A stretch of DNA of 36,304 nucleotides from a virus (IMGVR_UViG_2512047041_000001), one strand, 5' to 3'. Positions 1-9,241 are shown, counted from the stretch's first letter. The notes: generated from the letters alone by a model not told the origin. Made by a program: numbers and translations.

Positions 1-327
1 ATGACTAAAAATACTCGTTTTTCCCCCGAAGTCCGTCAACGGGCAGTCCGTATGGTTCTGGAAAGTCAGGGCGAATATGACTCACAATGGGCGACAATTT
101 GTTCCATTGCTCCAAAGATTGGCTGTACGCCGGAGACTCTGCGTGTCTGGGTTCGCCAGCATGAGCGGGATACCGGGGGCGGTGATGGAGGGCTCACCAC
201 CGCTGAACGTCAGCGTCTGAAAGAGCTGGAACGTGAAAATCGTGAACTGCGCCGCAGTAACGATATCCTTCGCCAGGCTTCCGCTTATTTTGCGAAGGCG
301 GAGTTCGACCGCCTCTGGAAAAAATGA
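1..327 (+). CDS. IS3-family transposase OrfA (HTH DNA-binding subunit)
   Basis: 108 aa; helix-turn-helix plus leucine-zipper-like C-terminus ([27 protein letters not shown]) typical of IS3-family OrfA. Confidence 0.85.
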   Translation: MTKNTRFSPEVRQRAVRMVLESQGEYDSQWATICSIAPKIGCTPETLRVWVRQHERDTGGGDGGLTTAERQRLKELERENRELRRSNDILRQASAYFAKAEFDRLWKK

Positions 328-1214
328 TGCCACTGCTGGATAAGCTGCGTGAGCAGTACGGGGTCGGACCGCTATGCAGCGAACTGCATATTGCCCCGTC
401 AACGTATTACCACTGTCAGCAACAGCGACATCATCCGGATAAACGCAGTGCCCGTGCGCAGCGCGATGACTGGCTGAAGAAAGAGATACAGCGCGTATAC
501 GATGAAAATCACAAGGTATACGGTGTGCGTAAAGTCTGGCGTCAGTTGTTACGGGAAGGTATCAGAGTGGCCAGATGCACTGTGGCACGTCTCATGGCGG
601 TTATGGGACTTGCCGGTGTTCTCCGGGGTAAAAAGGTCCGTACGACCATCAGCCGGAAAGCCGTTGCCGCAGGCGACCGCGTAAACCGTCAGTTCGTGGC
701 AGAACGACCTGACCAGCTGTGGGTGGCTGATTTTACTTACGTCAGCACATGGCGGGGCTTCGTCTATGTGGCGTTCATCATTGATGTGTTTGCCGGATAC
801 ATCGTGGGGTGGCGGGTCTCATCGTCCATGGAAACGACATTCGTGCTGGATGCACTGGAGCAGGCGTTATGGGCCCGTCGACCGTCCGGCACGGTCCATC
901 ACAGTGATAAAGGTTCTCAGTATGTATCGCTGGCCTACACACAGCGGCTTAAGGAAGCCGGATTACTGGCATCAACAGGAAGTACAGGCGACTCGTATGA
1001 CAACGCGATGGCGGAGAGCATCAATGGTCTTTACAAAGCGGAGGTAATACACCGTAAGAGCTGGAAAAACCGTGCAGAAGTGGAACTGGCCACACTCACG
1101 TGGGTGGACTGGTATAACAATCGACGATTGCTGGAAAGGCTGGGCCATACTCCTCCGGCAGAAGCAGAAAAAGCTTATTATGCTTCCATCGGAAACGATG
1201 ATCTGGCAGCCTGA
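324..1214 (+). CDS. IS3-family transposase OrfB (DDE integrase-like catalytic domain)
   Basis: 296 aa; DDE/rve-type motifs (WVADFTYV ... HSDKGSQY ... [15 protein letters not shown]); start overlaps the orfA stop at the A-run frameshift window. Confidence 0.85.
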   Translation: MMPLLDKLREQYGVGPLCSELHIAPSTYYHCQQQRHHPDKRSARAQRDDWLKKEIQRVYDENHKVYGVRKVWRQLLREGIRVARCTVARLMAVMGLAGVLRGKKVRTTISRKAVAAGDRVNRQFVAERPDQLWVADFTYVSTWRGFVYVAFIIDVFAGYIVGWRVSSSMETTFVLDALEQALWARRPSGTVHHSDKGSQYVSLAYTQRLKEAGLLASTGSTGDSYDNAMAESINGLYKAEVIHRKSWKNRAEVELATLTWVDWYNNRRLLERLGHTPPAEAEKAYYASIGNDDLAA

Positions 1215-1256
1215 GTTCACAGATAAAACACTCTCCAGGAAACCCGGGGCGGTTCA

Positions 1257-1520
1257 TTGAAAACTTTGAAGAGTAAAGGTGTAAATTCACTCAGTGATTT
1301 TTATGCTATTGACTTAACCAGTAAAAATGGACGAGAGTTATGCCGTACACTTGCCTATAAAACATTCGAAAAAATCATAATTAATACGGATAATAAAACC
1401 TGTGATATCTATTTTATGAATGGCATTGTTTTTAAACACTATCCTTTAATGAAAGTAATATCCGCCCAGCAGGCGATAAGTGCTCTCAAATATATGGTTG
1501 ATGGTGAGATTTATTTCTAA
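1257..1520 (+). CDS. Hypothetical orphan ORF in an AT-rich region directly after the IS end (TTG start; may be the 3' remnant of a gene disrupted by the IS)
   Basis: Only an open frame of 87 codons; no recognisable family; strongly AT-rich context. Confidence 0.2.
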   Translation: MKTLKSKGVNSLSDFYAIDLTSKNGRELCRTLAYKTFEKIIINTDNKTCDIYFMNGIVFKHYPLMKVISAQQAISALKYMVDGEIYF

Positions 1521-1984
1521 ATAATGATCTCGGATTTTAAGTTATGCTATGGTGATAAAGTGCAAGACAGAATTAATTATCTTTGACGAAACTTAATGGG
1601 TAATTACTTTGTTTGCTCCCACAAGCGAGTTTTGTACGGCTGTATTGGGGTAGTAAATGAGCTATACAATCTTAATCATTTGTTAGGTGAGAACTCTTGG
1701 TCGCAGATTCAAATACTGAAAATACGTGACAAATTATTATGAGCAAAATGGTGTATGTCACGTATTTTGAATGATAGGTTAAAAAATAACACCGACTTTC
1801 GTAGGTATTACTAATAATAAAGCAGAGTTTTTAGATAGTATCAATGTGCTTTGTGTATATTGTGGCAAATAATTGGGTTGGGGGTACAATTGTGATTGCT
1901 TTTGCATAAAAATTGCGCCTTTATGCATAATGAGATAAAGGAATATCAAATAAAATAACGATAGGTCATAACAAAGAGGTTTTT

Positions 1985-2536
1985 ATGAAAACACTTATCG
2001 TTTCAACTGTATTGGCATTCATAACATTTTCTGCGCAGGCTGCAGCATTTCAGGTCACTAGTAATGAAATAAAAACAGGAGAGCAACTTACAACGTCTCA
2101 TGTCTTTTCTGGATTTGGGTGTGAAGGTGGTAATACATCGCCCTCATTAACCTGGTCTGGTGTTCCTGAAGGTACCAAAAGCTTTGCCGTAACTGTATAT
2201 GATCCAGATGCACTTACAGGCAGTGGTTGGTGGCATTGGACTGTTGTTAATATTCCAGCAACAATAACATATTTGCCCGTTGATGCAGGGAGACGTGATG
2301 GAACAAAACTGCCGACTGGTGCTGTTCAAGGCCGAAATGATTTTGGCTATGCTGGGTTTGGTGGCGCATGTCCTCCTAAAGGAGATAAACCACATCATTA
2401 CCAGTTTAAAGTATGGGCTCTAAAAACTGAAAAGATTCCTGTAGATTCTAACTCCAGCGGAGCGTTAGTTGGTTATATGCTTAATGCTAATAAAATCGCA
2501 ACCGCTGAGATAACACCAGTTTATGAGATAAAGTAG
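1985..2536 (+). CDS. ybcL: Secreted PEBP/Raf-kinase-inhibitor-like protein (YbcL-like, DLP12-type moron)
   Basis: 183 aa with N-terminal signal peptide (MKTLIVSTVLAFITFSAQA); matches the remembered YbcL/PEBP family; RBS AAAGAGG upstream. Confidence 0.8.
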   Translation: MKTLIVSTVLAFITFSAQAAAFQVTSNEIKTGEQLTTSHVFSGFGCEGGNTSPSLTWSGVPEGTKSFAVTVYDPDALTGSGWWHWTVVNIPATITYLPVDAGRRDGTKLPTGAVQGRNDFGYAGFGGACPPKGDKPHHYQFKVWALKTEKIPVDSNSSGALVGYMLNANKIATAEITPVYEIK

Positions 2537-2545
2537 GGTGAGAGT

Positions 2546-3343
2546 ATGCTGGCAAGAGGTAAGACTAACTTAAAGATCGAAGAAATACGGATGCATAAAC
2601 ATCATGAGATTCATAGGGTTAAGCCTCTTATGCCAGCTTTGTGTCGTATCCGTCAGGGAAAGAAAGTTATCAATTGGGAGACGCATACTTTAACTGTTGA
2701 TAATAATCAAATAATATTATTTCCTTGTGGTTATGAATTTTATATTGAGAATTATCCTGAAGCAGGGCTTTATCTTGCAGAAATGCTTTACTTACCCATT
2801 GATTTAATTGAGAGTTTCCAAAAACTTTATACGGTAACTGATCAAATACGTAACAAAACAAGTTTCTTTTTACCTCAGAATCCTGAGTTAATATATTGTT
2901 GGGAGCAACTAAAAACATCTGTTTCCCGAGGCTTCTCAACTAAAATTCAGGAGCACTTAGCAATGGGCGTTCTACTTTCGTTAGGAGTGAATCATGTTAA
3001 TCATTTACTTTTATCATATAGTAAACAATCATTGATAAGTCGTTGTTATAACCTGCTGCTATCCGAACCCGGCACAAAATGGACAGCAAACAAGGTTGCT
3101 CGATATCTCTACATTTCTGTTTCTACATTACATCGCCGTCTAGCAAGCGAGGGGGTAAGTTTCCAAAGTATACTGGACGATGTGAGGTTAAATAATGCGT
3201 TGTCTGCTATACAAACGACGGTAAAACCTATAAGCGAGATTGCCAGAGAAAATGGTTATAAGTGTCCTTCTCGTTTTACTGAAAGATTTCATAATCGTTT
3301 TAATATAACACCAAGAGAGATAAGAAAAGCTTCCAGAGAGTAA
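2546..3343 (+). CDS. ybcM: AraC/XylS-family transcriptional regulator (YbcM-like)
   Basis: 265 aa; C-terminal AraC-type HTH region ([18 protein letters not shown] ... [26 protein letters not shown]); AT-rich gene. Confidence 0.8.
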
Positions 3344-3408
3344 AAGTGTTTTAAGAAGGAGCAATTCTATCGATTTTGATTTTGGGAAATCAACACGGCA
3401 TAATTATG

Positions 3409-3435
3409 TCACCGGAGCCTGAACAACTCCGGTGA
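3409..3435 (+). other. Perfect 9-bp inverted repeat (TCACCGGAG ... CTCCGGTGA) downstream of ybcM; possible terminator or regulatory hairpin without a T-tract
   Basis: Inverted repeat read directly in the sequence. Confidence 0.3.
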
Positions 3436-3459
3436 CTTCTGCGCTAAACGGGGACGTTT

Positions 3460-3561
3460 ATGCGCACATACAATCCAAACTCTCTTCTCCCTTCACAGAT
3501 GCAGAAATGCACCTGCAATTCTTTGCATCTAGCGTTTGACCTCTGCGGAGGTGAAGCGTGA
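3460..3561 (+). CDS. ylcH: Small protein YlcH-like (33 aa), not in the supplied ORF track
   Basis: Translation [33 protein letters not shown]; position between ybcM and ybcN as in DLP12; stop overlaps the ybcN GTG start. Confidence 0.45.
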
Positions 3562-4013
3562 ACCTCTCACAAGACGGCATCAAATTACATCGCGGCAACT
3601 TCACCGCTATCGGTCGGCAGATCCAGCCTTATCTGGAGGAGGGCAAATGCTTTCGCATGGTGCTTAAACCGTGGCGTGAGAAACGCAGTCTTTCCCAGAA
3701 TGCACTCAGCCACATGTGGTACAGCGAAATCAGTGAATACCTCATCAGCAGGGGTAAAACGTTCGCCACTCCAGCTTGGGTAAAAGATGCTCTCAAACAC
3801 ACATATCTCGGTTATGAAACCAAAGACCTGGTTGATGTCGTAACCGGTGATATTACCACTATCCAGTCGTTACGCCATACCTCCGATCTTGATACCGGAG
3901 AGATGTATGTCTTCCTGTGTAAGGTTGAAGCCTGGGCGGTGAATATTGGCTGCCACCTGACTATTCCGCAGAGCTGCGAGTTCCAGCTGCTCCGCGACAA
4001 GCAGGAGGCGTAA
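3558..4013 (+). CDS. ybcN: NinB/Orf-family recombination protein (YbcN-like)
   Basis: 151 aa matching remembered YbcN/NinB; GTG start; stop overlaps the ninE start (TAATG). Confidence 0.85.
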
Positions 4014-4183
4014 TGGCTACACCGCTTATTCGTGTCATGAACGGACACATCTACAGAGTATCAAATCGTCGTAAGCGTAAGCCTGAGCTGAAGCCATCCG
4101 AAATACCAACACTGCTCGGATATACCGCTAGCCTGGTTGATAAAAAATGGTTGCGACTGGCAGCAAGGAGGAATCATGGCTGA
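4013..4183 (+). CDS. ninE: NinE-like small protein (56 aa), not in the supplied ORF track
   Basis: Translation [56 protein letters not shown], basic C-terminus as in lambda NinE; nin-region position. Confidence 0.6.
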   Translation: MATPLIRVMNGHIYRVSNRRKRKPELKPSEIPTLLGYTASLVDKKWLRLAARRNHG

Positions 4184-4466
4184 TTTGAGAAAAGCAGCGC
4201 GTGGTCGGGAATGCCAGGTAAGAATCCCTGGCGTATGTAATGGCAATTCTGAAACGTCTGTACTGGCACATATCCGGCTGGCTGGATTGTGCGGTACCGG
4301 TATCAAACCGCCAGACCTGATTGCCACCATTGCATGTTCTGCCTGCCACGACGAAATCGACCGCCGCACACATTTTGTCGATGCTGCATATGCAAAAGAA
4401 TGCGCGCTGGAAGGTATGGCGAGAACACAGGTTATCTGGCTGAAAGAGGGGGTTATTAAGGCGTGA
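4177..4466 (+). CDS. ybcO: YbcO-like protein (DUF1364, putative nuclease, Cys-rich)
   Basis: Start taken at MADLRK with RBS AGGAGG upstream; Cys-rich motif CNGNSET ... CSACHDEID; matches remembered DLP12 YbcO. Confidence 0.75.
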
Positions 4467-4825
4467 ATACCTACAGTATCACATTACCCTGGCCTCCGAG
4501 CAATAATCGCTATTACCGCCATAATCGCGGGCGCACGCACGTCAGTGCAGAGGGGCAGGCATACCGCGATAACGTCGCCCGAATCATTAAAAACGCAATG
4601 CTGGATATCGGCCTGGCTATGCCTGTGAAAATCCGCATTGAGTGCCACATGCCGGATCGCCGTAGCCGTGACCTGGATAATCTGCAAAAAGCCGCTTTTG
4701 ACGCACTCACTAAAGCAGGTTTCTGGCTGGATGATGCTCAGGTCGTTGATTACCGCGTTGTGAAGATGCCTGTTACCAAAGGTGGGAGGCTGGAACTGAC
4801 CATCACCGAAATGGGGAATGAATGA
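4463..4825 (+). CDS. rusA: RusA Holliday-junction resolvase
   Basis: 120 aa matching remembered RusA ([18 protein letters not shown] ...); translationally coupled to ybcO. Confidence 0.9.
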   Translation: MNTYSITLPWPPSNNRYYRHNRGRTHVSAEGQAYRDNVARIIKNAMLDIGLAMPVKIRIECHMPDRRSRDLDNLQKAAFDALTKAGFWLDDAQVVDYRVVKMPVTKGGRLELTITEMGNE

Positions 4826-4962
4826 TGTTTGAGTTTAATATGGCAGAACTTCTTCGCCACCGCTGGGGGCGTCTGCGCTTATATCGTTTCCCCGGCTCTG
4901 TTTTGACCGATTACCGAATACTGAAGAATTACGCCAAAACACTGACAGGAGCAGGAGTATGA
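4822..4962 (+). CDS. ylcG: YlcG-like small protein (46 aa), not in the supplied ORF track
   Basis: Translation [46 protein letters not shown]; start overlaps the rusA stop. Confidence 0.6.
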   Translation: MMFEFNMAELLRHRWGRLRLYRFPGSVLTDYRILKNYAKTLTGAGV

Positions 4963-5047
4963 AGTCAGAGATAACAATCAACTAATACTGTTTTGTTGAT
5001 TTTTGCTTGTAATTGGCGTTCTGGTCTGAGTTTTGTGGAGTAAGTTG

Positions 5048-5425
5048 ATGCGTGATATTCAGATGGTTCTTGAGCGTTGGGGAGCGTGGGCGGCTAATAA
5101 TCATGAAGATGTGACCTGGTCGTCCATTGCCGCCGGTTTTAAGGGATTAATTCCTTCAAAAGTAAAATCTCGCCCGCAATGTTGTGACGATGACGCGATG
5201 ATCATTTGCGGGTGCATGGCCCGTCTGAAAAAGAACAACAGCGATTTGCATGATTTATTGGTGGACTATTATGTCGGCGGCATGACTTTTATGGCGCTTG
5301 CACGTAAGCATGGGCGATCTGATTGTTGGGTTGGCAGGATGCTCCAGAAAGCTGAGGGCGTAGTGGAGGGTATGCTGATGGTGTTGGATCTCCGATTGGA
5401 GATGGATGGTGATTGTTCGAAATAA
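5048..5425 (+). CDS. quuD: Late-gene antiterminator Q (phage 82/DLP12 QuuD type)
   Basis: Matches remembered QuuD from [24 protein letters not shown]; Cys-rich zinc-binding region [12 protein letters not shown]. Confidence 0.8.
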   Translation: MRDIQMVLERWGAWAANNHEDVTWSSIAAGFKGLIPSKVKSRPQCCDDDAMIICGCMARLKKNNSDLHDLLVDYYVGGMTFMALARKHGRSDCWVGRMLQKAEGVVEGMLMVLDLRLEMDGDCSK

Positions 5426-5524
5426 TTAAAGGAAAAGTTGCTGTCTGATTCTCATTAGTCTAACATTTTAAATGTTGGAATCGCAACGTAGTTATTATCA
5501 TATAACAGCTTGTTTCCTGATTTA

Positions 5525-5553
5525 GCCAGCCTCCCCAAAGGCTGGTTTTTTTC
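5525..5553 (+). terminator. Rho-independent terminator (tR'-like) downstream of Q: GC hairpin CCAGCC-loop-GGCTGG followed by T7
   Basis: Hairpin plus T-tract read directly; position downstream of Q where pR' and tR' lie in lambdoid phages. Confidence 0.45.
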
Positions 5554-5580
5554 TAATAAGTATTATTTCGGGTAGGGATT

Positions 5581-6105
5581 TTATTGTTTAACCCATAATA
5601 ATTCATTGACATTGAATCCCAACTTTTGAGCGGTTCGCACATAGTCTGCTTTTACTTTATCTGGAATAGTTGGGGTCCTTGCCAGAATCCATAGGTATTC
5701 TCTGTTCGGACCACTGACAAGAGCATACTTATACTCATCATCCAGTTTGATTACATTATAGCCACCATAGAAGGGGCCAAAAAACGAAACCTTCAACGCT
5801 GCAGTTTTAGTATCTCCAGTAAAGTATGCTTTACCTTCGCTCTCGCTCCATTTATTTTTCGTTGGATCGTATCCACGGTTAAGTACACGAATCCCTCCGT
5901 CGTTCCGTTTTCCATAGGTAGCGCTGACCTGTTCCAGACCACGTTCGAACCGGTTCTCGAGGCGAGCTATTTCATACCATTTTCCGAGGTAGCGGTTGGC
6001 GTCAAAATTTGTAATCGGCTGCACACCTTTAGGTGGTGTCGGGGCCTTACATGCTATAAGAGTGAAAGAGAGTGCAATGCCAGTCAACACAGGCCATAAC
6101 TTCAT
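5581..6105 (-). CDS. Outer-membrane lipocalin lipoprotein, Blc paralogue
   Basis: 174 aa; lipoprotein signal with lipobox LIAC; lipocalin motifs (GKWYEIARLENRFERG, FFGPFYGGYNVI) closely resembling remembered E. coli Blc. Confidence 0.8.
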   Translation of the reverse strand: MKLWPVLTGIALSFTLIACKAPTPPKGVQPITNFDANRYLGKWYEIARLENRFERGLEQVSATYGKRNDGGIRVLNRGYDPTKNKWSESEGKAYFTGDTKTAALKVSFFGPFYGGYNVIKLDDEYKYALVSGPNREYLWILARTPTIPDKVKADYVRTAQKLGFNVNELLWVKQ

Positions 6106-6297
6106 AATAAATCCTGTACTTTTGATAGTTGAGAGTAAGTATGAAAGATAGATGATTACGACCGATCACTTAAAGAACTTTCATACTATATTAGGAATAG
6201 TCTATAACAGAAAAATTGTCAGTGATGACGCCAGAAAGGCAATTTATTCCGTGCACTACACAGTTTATGTGTTAATGAATTAGTCAAGGGGGAGAAT

Positions 6298-7257
6298 ATG
6301 ATAAAAAAACCTGTGATTGGAATCAGCGGTTGTTTGGCCGGCTCTGCTGTTCGTTTTGATGGTGGTCACAAAAGAGCTGACTTTTTAATGGACAAATTAG
6401 TGGAATGGGTAACATTCAGACCAGTATGTCCGGAAATGGCTATAGGGCTGCCAGTTCCGCGTCCTGCTCTACGTCTTGTGCGCTCGACGCAAGGAAATAT
6501 ACGGATGTGTTTCAGCCACGACCAGAATGAGGATGTGACAGAGAGAATGACAGAGTTTAGTCGTTCTTATATGGACAAATTAAAGGATGTATCGGGGTTT
6601 GTGGTTTGTGCTAAATCTCCCAGCTGTGGCATGGAGCGCGTGCGTGTCTATGATGAAAATGGTAATCGAGGTCGTAAAGATGGAGTGGGACTATTTACGA
6701 GCACTTTGATGGAAAAGTTTTCTTGGCTACCGGTTGAAGAGGATGGGCGATTACATGATCCAGTGCTTCGTGAGAATTTTGTTGAAAGAGTTTTTGCTTT
6801 GCATGAGCTCAATCACCTTTACAAGGAGAAATTATCAAGAAGAGAGTTATTAGCTTTTCATAGTCGTTATAAGCTTCAGTTGTTGGCGCATAGTCAGGCA
6901 GGCTATAAAGATATGGGACCATTTGTGGCTGCAATACACGAGTGGGCGGACCTTGAATCATACTTTGAGGTGTATCGTGATAAGCTGATGGCGATTCTCA
7001 GAAAACCTGCATCACGTAAAAATCACACGAATGTGCTGATGCATATACAGGGGTATTTTAGTAACTACTTAAGTACACGCCAGCGTAAAGAGTTGAGCGA
7101 GGTTATACTTAACTATCGTTCTGGCACATTACCTCTTCTTGCGCCGTTGACTCTGCTGAAGCATTATCTGGGTGAGTATCCTAATGATTACTTGCTTACA
7201 CAGAATTACTTCGATCCCTATCCGGACGAACTGGCTCTAAGACTGATGGTAAATTAA
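6298..7257 (+). CDS. DUF523 (TudS-like [4Fe-4S] desulfidase domain) fused to DUF1722 (YbgA-like); RudS-like putative tRNA 4-thiouridine desulfidase
   Basis: 319 aa; N-terminal Cys pattern (GISGCLAG, PVCPEM, KSPSCGME) consistent with the three-Cys TudS cluster site; C-terminal half resembles YbgA/DUF1722; assignment from memory, not searched. Confidence 0.55.
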   Translation: MIKKPVIGISGCLAGSAVRFDGGHKRADFLMDKLVEWVTFRPVCPEMAIGLPVPRPALRLVRSTQGNIRMCFSHDQNEDVTERMTEFSRSYMDKLKDVSGFVVCAKSPSCGMERVRVYDENGNRGRKDGVGLFTSTLMEKFSWLPVEEDGRLHDPVLRENFVERVFALHELNHLYKEKLSRRELLAFHSRYKLQLLAHSQAGYKDMGPFVAAIHEWADLESYFEVYRDKLMAILRKPASRKNHTNVLMHIQGYFSNYLSTRQRKELSEVILNYRSGTLPLLAPLTLLKHYLGEYPNDYLLTQNYFDPYPDELALRLMVN

Positions 7258-7599
7258 TTGTATGCGATATCATCCAAAAGGATGAGTTCCTGCATGCAGG
7301 ATATTTACAATCGTAAAAACTACACTATGATACCCAGAGTGTCAGTTTGTATAAAAACTCTGTTTACGCTGAAGAAACCATTGAGATGCAACTTAAAGTT
7401 GGTAAACATGCCAGTCAAAATATATAATATTATGATTCCACGCAGCTATATATAATATAACAGATTGGTTTAATAATTTGTCTTTGTGAGTTAAATACAT
7501 AATTTTATACTTGTGATGCAATGAGATTTTCCTTATTGTTGAACTGGCGAATATTGATTTTCCACCTATACTTACCTGGTGTAACCCCAATGATATCAG

Positions 7600-8340
7600 G
7601 TGGATAATATGCCATACATATGTTCTATCATTTTGGTGTTGAACTCGTTTGATGTCCGAATTGGTAAAGAAGATATTTTGTTTAAAAAAGGAAGTGCTGT
7701 TCTCATTGATTACAATTTAAAAGATTTTTTTTCATCAAATATAGATCATGTAATGATCGTAGATGTTGAAGAGAAAACAGTTAATGATTTCTTTAAAAGC
7801 AACACACTCTCACCTTTTTCTGTAAGAAGGTTTTATCCGGCATACTTGATGGTGGAATGTGAAGATTTTTCATTGTTAAAGAACTTGATTGCATGCTTGA
7901 ATTGTGATGGCAGAACTGTGGATTTTGTTAGAAATCAAATATCACTTGCATGTCTTGCTATCTTATCTTCAGAGAAAATAGTGCAAAGTTTTTTATTTGG
8001 ATGTCTTAATAGTTTAGGAAGTAAAGTTAAGGCTATTATTCACACGGATATATCTGCAGCATGGAGACTTTGTGATATATCTTCAAGACTGTATCTGAGT
8101 GAAAGTCTGTTAAAAAGAAAATTAAAGCACGAAGGCTTATCATTTAGTAAGTTAATTCTTGAAGAGCGAATGGTGATGGCGGAAAGGTTATTAAGCTACA
8201 ATTTATATTCTGTTGGAAAAGTTGCTGAGATATGCGGTTATGAAAACACGTCATATTTTGTAAGTGTTTTCAGAAGATATTTTGGTGTTCCTCCCCATCA
8301 ATATTCATCAAGACTTTTTTTAGAAAAAGACATGATGTAA
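7600..8340 (+). CDS. AraC/XylS-family transcriptional regulator (AppY/EnvY-like subfamily), AT-rich
   Basis: 246 aa; C-terminal AraC HTH region (VGKVAEICGYENTSYFVSVFRRYFGVPPHQY); about 340 bp AT-rich leader upstream. Confidence 0.7.
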   Translation: MDNMPYICSIILVLNSFDVRIGKEDILFKKGSAVLIDYNLKDFFSSNIDHVMIVDVEEKTVNDFFKSNTLSPFSVRRFYPAYLMVECEDFSLLKNLIACLNCDGRTVDFVRNQISLACLAILSSEKIVQSFLFGCLNSLGSKVKAIIHTDISAAWRLCDISSRLYLSESLLKRKLKHEGLSFSKLILEERMVMAERLLSYNLYSVGKVAEICGYENTSYFVSVFRRYFGVPPHQYSSRLFLEKDMM

Positions 8341-8401
8341 CGTGATGCGTTTTAATGATTTTGTAATTTTCGTATTTGATAATTGTATGATGCTTTCAGC
8401 T

Positions 8402-8433
8402 ACGCCAGAATAATCGCTGGCGTTTTTCTTTTT
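8402..8433 (+). terminator. Rho-independent terminator between the AraC-like gene and the holin (ACGCCAG-loop-CTGGCGT followed by a T-rich tract)
   Basis: Hairpin and T-tract read directly. Confidence 0.5.
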
Positions 8434-8528
8434 GAATAGATGTTCAAGCCTTACGCTAATGTAACTTCTATACCTTTCCTCTTCGTTCCGAACCGTGTAC
8501 ACCATCCGTTATTTGCGGAGGTGAGGCT

Positions 8529-8744
8529 ATGAAATCCATGGATAAGTTAACAACGGGCATTGCCTACGGCACCTCCGCAGGCAGTGCTGGCTACTGGTTT
8601 TTACAGCTGCTCGATAAAGTCACGCCCTCACAGTGGGCAGCAATAGGTGTGCTGGGTAGCTTGGTATTTGGCTTGCTGACGTACCTGACAAACCTTTATT
8701 TCAAGATTAAAGAAGATAAGCGCAAGGCTGCGAGAGGTGAATAA
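8529..8744 (+). CDS. essD: Holin, phage-21 S21 pinholin type (EssD-like)
   Basis: 71 aa, two transmembrane segments and charged C-terminus; matches remembered EssD/S21. Confidence 0.85.
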   Translation: MKSMDKLTTGIAYGTSAGSAGYWFLQLLDKVTPSQWAAIGVLGSLVFGLLTYLTNLYFKIKEDKRKAARGE

Positions 8745-9241
8745 TGCCTCCATCATTACGAAAAGCCGTTGCTGCTGCTATTGGTGGCGGAGCAATTGCT
8801 ATAGCATCAGTGTTAATCACTGGCTCAAGTGGTAACGATGGTCTGGAGGGTGTCAGCTATATACCATACAAAGATATTGTTGGTGTATGGACTGTATGTC
8901 ACGGGCATACAGGAAAAGACATCATGCTCGGTAAAACGTATACCAAAGCAGAATGCAAAGCACTCTTGAATAAAGACCTTGCCACTGTCGCCAGACAAAT
9001 TAACCCGTACATCAAAGTCGATATACCGGAAACAACGCGCGGCGCTCTTTACTCATTCGTTTACAACGTGGGTGCTGGCAATTTCAGAACATCGACGCTT
9101 CTTCGCAAAATAAACCAGGGCGATATCAAAGGCGCATGTGATCAGCTACGTCGCTGGACATATGCTGGCGGTAAGCAATGGAAAGGTCTCATGACTCGTC
9201 GTGAGATTGAGCGTGAAATCTGTTTGTGGGGTCAGCAATGA
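8744..9241 (+). CDS. rrrD: SAR endolysin (lysozyme, RrrD/R21-like)
   Basis: 165 aa; N-terminal signal-anchor-release segment ([20 protein letters not shown]) followed by a lysozyme domain; start overlaps the holin stop. Confidence 0.85.
   Translation: MPPSLRKAVAAAIGGGAIAIASVLITGSSGNDGLEGVSYIPYKDIVGVWTVCHGHTGKDIMLGKTYTKAECKALLNKDLATVARQINPYIKVDIPETTRGALYSFVYNVGAGNFRTSTLLRKINQGDIKGACDQLRRWTYAGGKQWKGLMTRREIEREICLWGQQ

Larger units (their letters stand above)
1..1256 (+). mobile_element. IS3-family insertion sequence (IS629/IS1203-like); left end lies outside the window, right inverted repeat ends ...CCCGGGGCGGTTCA at 1256
   Basis: orfA and orfB overlap in the -1 frame at an A6 run (319-324); the right terminal sequence is the reverse complement of the remembered IS629 left inverted repeat (TGAACCGCCCCGGG...). 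Confidence 0.8.

Noticed and set aside
502-1290. Short alternative-frame and antisense ORFs inside the IS3-family orfB
   Set aside because: Nested in a transposase gene with clear DDE motifs; no independent support.
7258-7590. Two 65-aa ORFs in the AT-rich leader upstream of the second AraC gene
   Set aside because: Very AT-rich, no RBS, overlapping each other on opposite strands; more likely promoter/leader DNA than genes.
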